A stretch of DNA of 64,000 bases from Chloroflexia bacterium (GTDB lineage Bacteria; Chloroflexota; Chloroflexia; DTKN01): NCBI GenBank assembly GCA_034433695.1, contig DAOUAK010000038.1, positions 2,758 to 66,757 on the forward strand. The letters run 5' to 3'. The notes under the pieces were generated by a model. It saw nothing but the letters and a program-made list of their open reading frames with translations, was not told the origin of the DNA and searched no databases. The position numbers and the translations under genes were made by a program. This document shows positions 61,980-64,000 of this stretch, in pieces. Position 1 is the stretch's first letter. Each line of letters begins with the position of its first letter.

Positions 61980-62830
61980 GGCATCCGCCGCCGCCAGTGC
62001 TCGATGTACCGCCTGGCGTAGCGGTCCCGACCCAGCAACAGGTCCACGGCCAGCACCGTGGTCCGAACCTTGGCTACATCCACGATGGGACAGTTGACCC
62101 CGTTCATGATGGCCAGGGCCAGGAAGGCCAGATTGAGCGCTTCCCGATCCGGCAGACCGAAGGAGACGTTGCTCACCCCCAGGGTCTGGTTGACCCCCAG
62201 TTCCTGCGATACCAGCCGGATGGCCTCCAGGGTGACCCGGGCGGCCTGAAAATCGGCCCCTACCGTCAGGGCCAGGCAGTCTATGAGGACGTCCTGGCGA
62301 GGGATACCCCGTTGCTCGGCCCGTTCGACGATGCGCTCGGCGATCTTCAGCCGCTTGAACGGGTCGGAAGGGATGCCCTCGCCGTCCATCGTCAGCCCGA
62401 TCACCGCGGCTCCGTGCTCCCGCACCAGGGGGAGAACCCGCTCCAGCGTGGATTCTTCCCCGTTGACCGAGTTGACCAGGGCCTTGCCCGGATAAAGTTC
62501 CAGGGCGGCCTTCAGGGCGGCCGGATTGGTGGTATCGAGGGAAAGAGGCACATCGGCCGCCTCCAGAGCCGTCCGGACGGCCAGCGGAAGGATGCGCACC
62601 TCGTCCACTCCGGCCGCACCGACGTTGATGTCCACGACATCGGCCCCGGCTTCCACCTGGGCCCGCACCTCTCGGGCCACGGGGGACATATCCCCGACCC
62701 GCAGGGCCTCGGCCAGACGTTTTTTGCCCGTGGGGTTGATCCGTTCGCCGATGAGGACGGTGGGCCGGTCGCGGGCGATCTGCACCGTTTTCCCGGCCGA
62801 AGAAAGGGTGGTAACGAGCACCTGTTCCAC
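61976..62830 (-). CDS. Pterin-binding (DHPS-like TIM-barrel) methyltransferase, methyltetrahydrofolate:corrinoid methyltransferase-like (AcsE/MtrH/MetH-pterin type)
   Basis: GTG start with [25 protein letters not shown]-terminus. Motifs ...DINVGAAG..., [13 protein letters not shown] and [10 protein letters not shown]. The 204-codon upstream ORF extension is rejected. Confidence 0.65.
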   Translation of the reverse strand: MEQVLVTTLSSAGKTVQIARDRPTVLIGERINPTGKKRLAEALRVGDMSPVAREVRAQVEAGADVVDINVGAAGVDEVRILPLAVRTALEAADVPLSLDTTNPAALKAALELYPGKALVNSVNGEESTLERVLPLVREHGAAVIGLTMDGEGIPSDPFKRLKIAERIVERAEQRGIPRQDVLIDCLALTVGADFQAARVTLEAIRLVSQELGVNQTLGVSNVSFGLPDREALNLAFLALAIMNGVNCPIVDVAKVRTTVLAVDLLLGRDRYARRYIEHWRRRMP

Positions 62831-62841
62831 GGGAACCTCCT

Positions 62842-64000
62842 TTATCTTCTCTCCGGGAACGACATGGCCCGGATGAAGGCTTCCCGAAATCCCGGGTGGG
62901 CAGAAAGTTCGATGTAGCGGATTCGGCGGGCGAGTTCCTGGGCCCGTCGGCGCATCGGAAGCGAAAGGAGGGCCTGCACCGCCCCGGCCCCGGCGGCGTT
63001 GCCCAGCCCGATGACCCGTTCCTGGGGCATCCGGGGAATCAGGCCGATCTCCATAGCCTCCTCCCGGTCCACATCGTTGCCGAAAGAGCCGGCCAGGAGC
63101 ACCTCCTCGAGGTCGCCTTCCCCCAGGCCGGCTTCCTGGAGGAGGAGGCGCAGGCCGGCAGCGACGGCCGCCTTGGCCAGGAGGAGTTCGGCCACATCCT
63201 GTTGCGTGAGGGTGATCCTCCGCCCGGTGCCCGAGGCATCCTCCGGCACAAGCACCAGTTCTGGTCCCCGCCGGCCCTGGACGAAGAGGCCCGGCGGAGC
63301 CCGGTGCAGGAGGAAGCGGCCCCTGGAAGAAAGGAGCCCCGCCCTCCGCAGGGCAGCCGCCGCCGAGACCAGCCCCGAGCCGGCCAGCCCCATCGCCGGC
63401 TGCTCCCCCAGGACGTGCACCTCCACACGCCCGTCGGTCCACCTCACCCGGTCGATGGCCCCCGGTGCGGCGCGCATACCACAGGAGATGCGCGCTCCCT
63501 CAAAGGCCGGGCCGGCCGCCGCAGCGCAGGCAAAGAGTTCCCCCCGACGGCTCAGGATGACCTCGGCGTTCGTGCCCAGGTCCACCAGCACCCGCGTCCG
63601 GCCGTCTTCTCCCAGAGATGCGGCCAGGGCATCGGCCACGGCATCGGCCCCGACATAGCCGGATACGGCCGGGAGGAGGTGCACGTTGCCTCCCGGGGAC
63701 ATCTCCAGCCCGGCCTCCCGCGCCGGCAGGTCCAGGGGATCGGTGAAGGTGGGGACGTAAGGGGATACACCGATGGTATGGGGGTCCAGGCCCAGGAAGA
63801 GGTGCAACATACAGGTGTTGCCCACCAGGGTGGCCTCATAGATGCCCTGCGGGGAAAGACCGGCTTCCCGGCAGACCCGGGCGATCAGGGCGTTGAGCGT
63901 CTCCAGGGCAGCCCGACGAAGCGCCTCTACTTCGCCGGCATGGGCACGGTCGAGGCGGGAAAGGACATCCTCGCCGTAGATGCTCTGGCGGTTGAGGGCG
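62842..64000 (-). CDS. RACo-like ASKHA-fold protein (DUF4445, reductive activator of corrinoid proteins-like); 5' end lies beyond the window
   Basis: Acetate/sugar-kinase-like motifs ([23 protein letters not shown]) downstream of a pterin methyltransferase. Reading frame continues past 63825 to the window edge. Confidence 0.5.
   Translation of the reverse strand, partial: ALNRQSIYGEDVLSRLDRAHAGEVEALRRAALETLNALIARVCREAGLSPQGIYEATLVGNTCMLHLFLGLDPHTIGVSPYVPTFTDPLDLPAREAGLEMSPGGNVHLLPAVSGYVGADAVADALAASLGEDGRTRVLVDLGTNAEVILSRRGELFACAAAAGPAFEGARISCGMRAAPGAIDRVRWTDGRVEVHVLGEQPAMGLAGSGLVSAAAALRRAGLLSSRGRFLLHRAPPGLFVQGRRGPELVLVPEDASGTGRRITLTQQDVAELLLAKAAVAAGLRLLLQEAGLGEGDLEEVLLAGSFGNDVDREEAMEIGLIPRMPQERVIGLGNAAGAGAVQALLSLPMRRRAQELARRIRYIELSAHPGFREAFIRAMSFPERR

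Noticed and set aside
62831-63442. 204-codon N-terminal extension of the pterin methyltransferase ORF
   Set aside because: Gly/Arg/Pro-rich junk overlapping the RACo-like gene. GTG with AAGGAGG RBS at 62830 fits the conserved N-terminus ([11 protein letters not shown]).
1-64000. CRISPR arrays, IS elements, integrases, tRNA/rRNA genes
   Set aside because: No regularly spaced direct repeats, transposase or integrase-like ORFs, or tRNA-like cloverleaf signatures were seen in any intergenic region. The window is gene-dense with only short intergenic gaps.

Overview
High-GC (~65-68%) bacterial chromosomal segment with gene content and codon style suggestive of a thermophilic Chloroflexi-like organism. 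It is gene-dense, mostly operonic with overlapping stop/start codons, and has no rRNA, tRNA, CRISPR or obvious mobile elements. All coordinates are approximate by a few nt. Left third (25..20420, + strand): one ~20 kb carbohydrate-utilisation locus. It holds two solute-binding proteins, two ABC permease pairs, an NHL/TPR/Yip1 membrane protein, a large hypothetical secreted protein, two paralogous glucoamylase-like (GH144/DUF3131-type) lipoproteins flanking a LacI regulator, a GH35 beta-galactosidase-like enzyme and a GH3 beta-glucosidase. Convergent on the minus strand is a ~1800-aa bacterial alpha-2-macroglobulin gene that is broken by a single in-frame TGA exactly at the thioester cysteine codon. 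Candidate explanations are selenocysteine recoding, a pseudogene or a sequencing error. This is the most unusual thing in the window. Next on the minus strand are cysK, a cysE fused to a DUF59/SufT-like domain, and glmS. Then on the plus strand come a glycosylation cluster (GT-C-like membrane protein, two Dpm1-like GT2 enzymes, one GT4), a creatininase-family protein and sufS-sufU. Next is a structured leader (promoter plus terminator hairpin) in front of an operon encoding a soluble PRC-MgtE_N-CBS protein, an NRAMP transporter and a binding-protein-less ABC importer. On the minus strand follow a zinc-ribbon membrane protein, a DarA/PII-like c-di-AMP receptor, a Ycf45-like R3H AAA ATPase, a hypothetical protein and pdxT-pdxS. 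Then plus-strand rpsA, clpC, a secreted Gly/Tyr GVYG-repeat protein with a small secreted partner, and a MarR regulator with a heterodimeric ABC exporter. The window ends on the minus strand with pfkA, a DeoC-like protein, myo-inositol-1-phosphate synthase, a pterin-binding methyltransferase and a partial RACo-like corrinoid activation protein. All family calls come from motif recognition in the translated ORFs. No database search was run.
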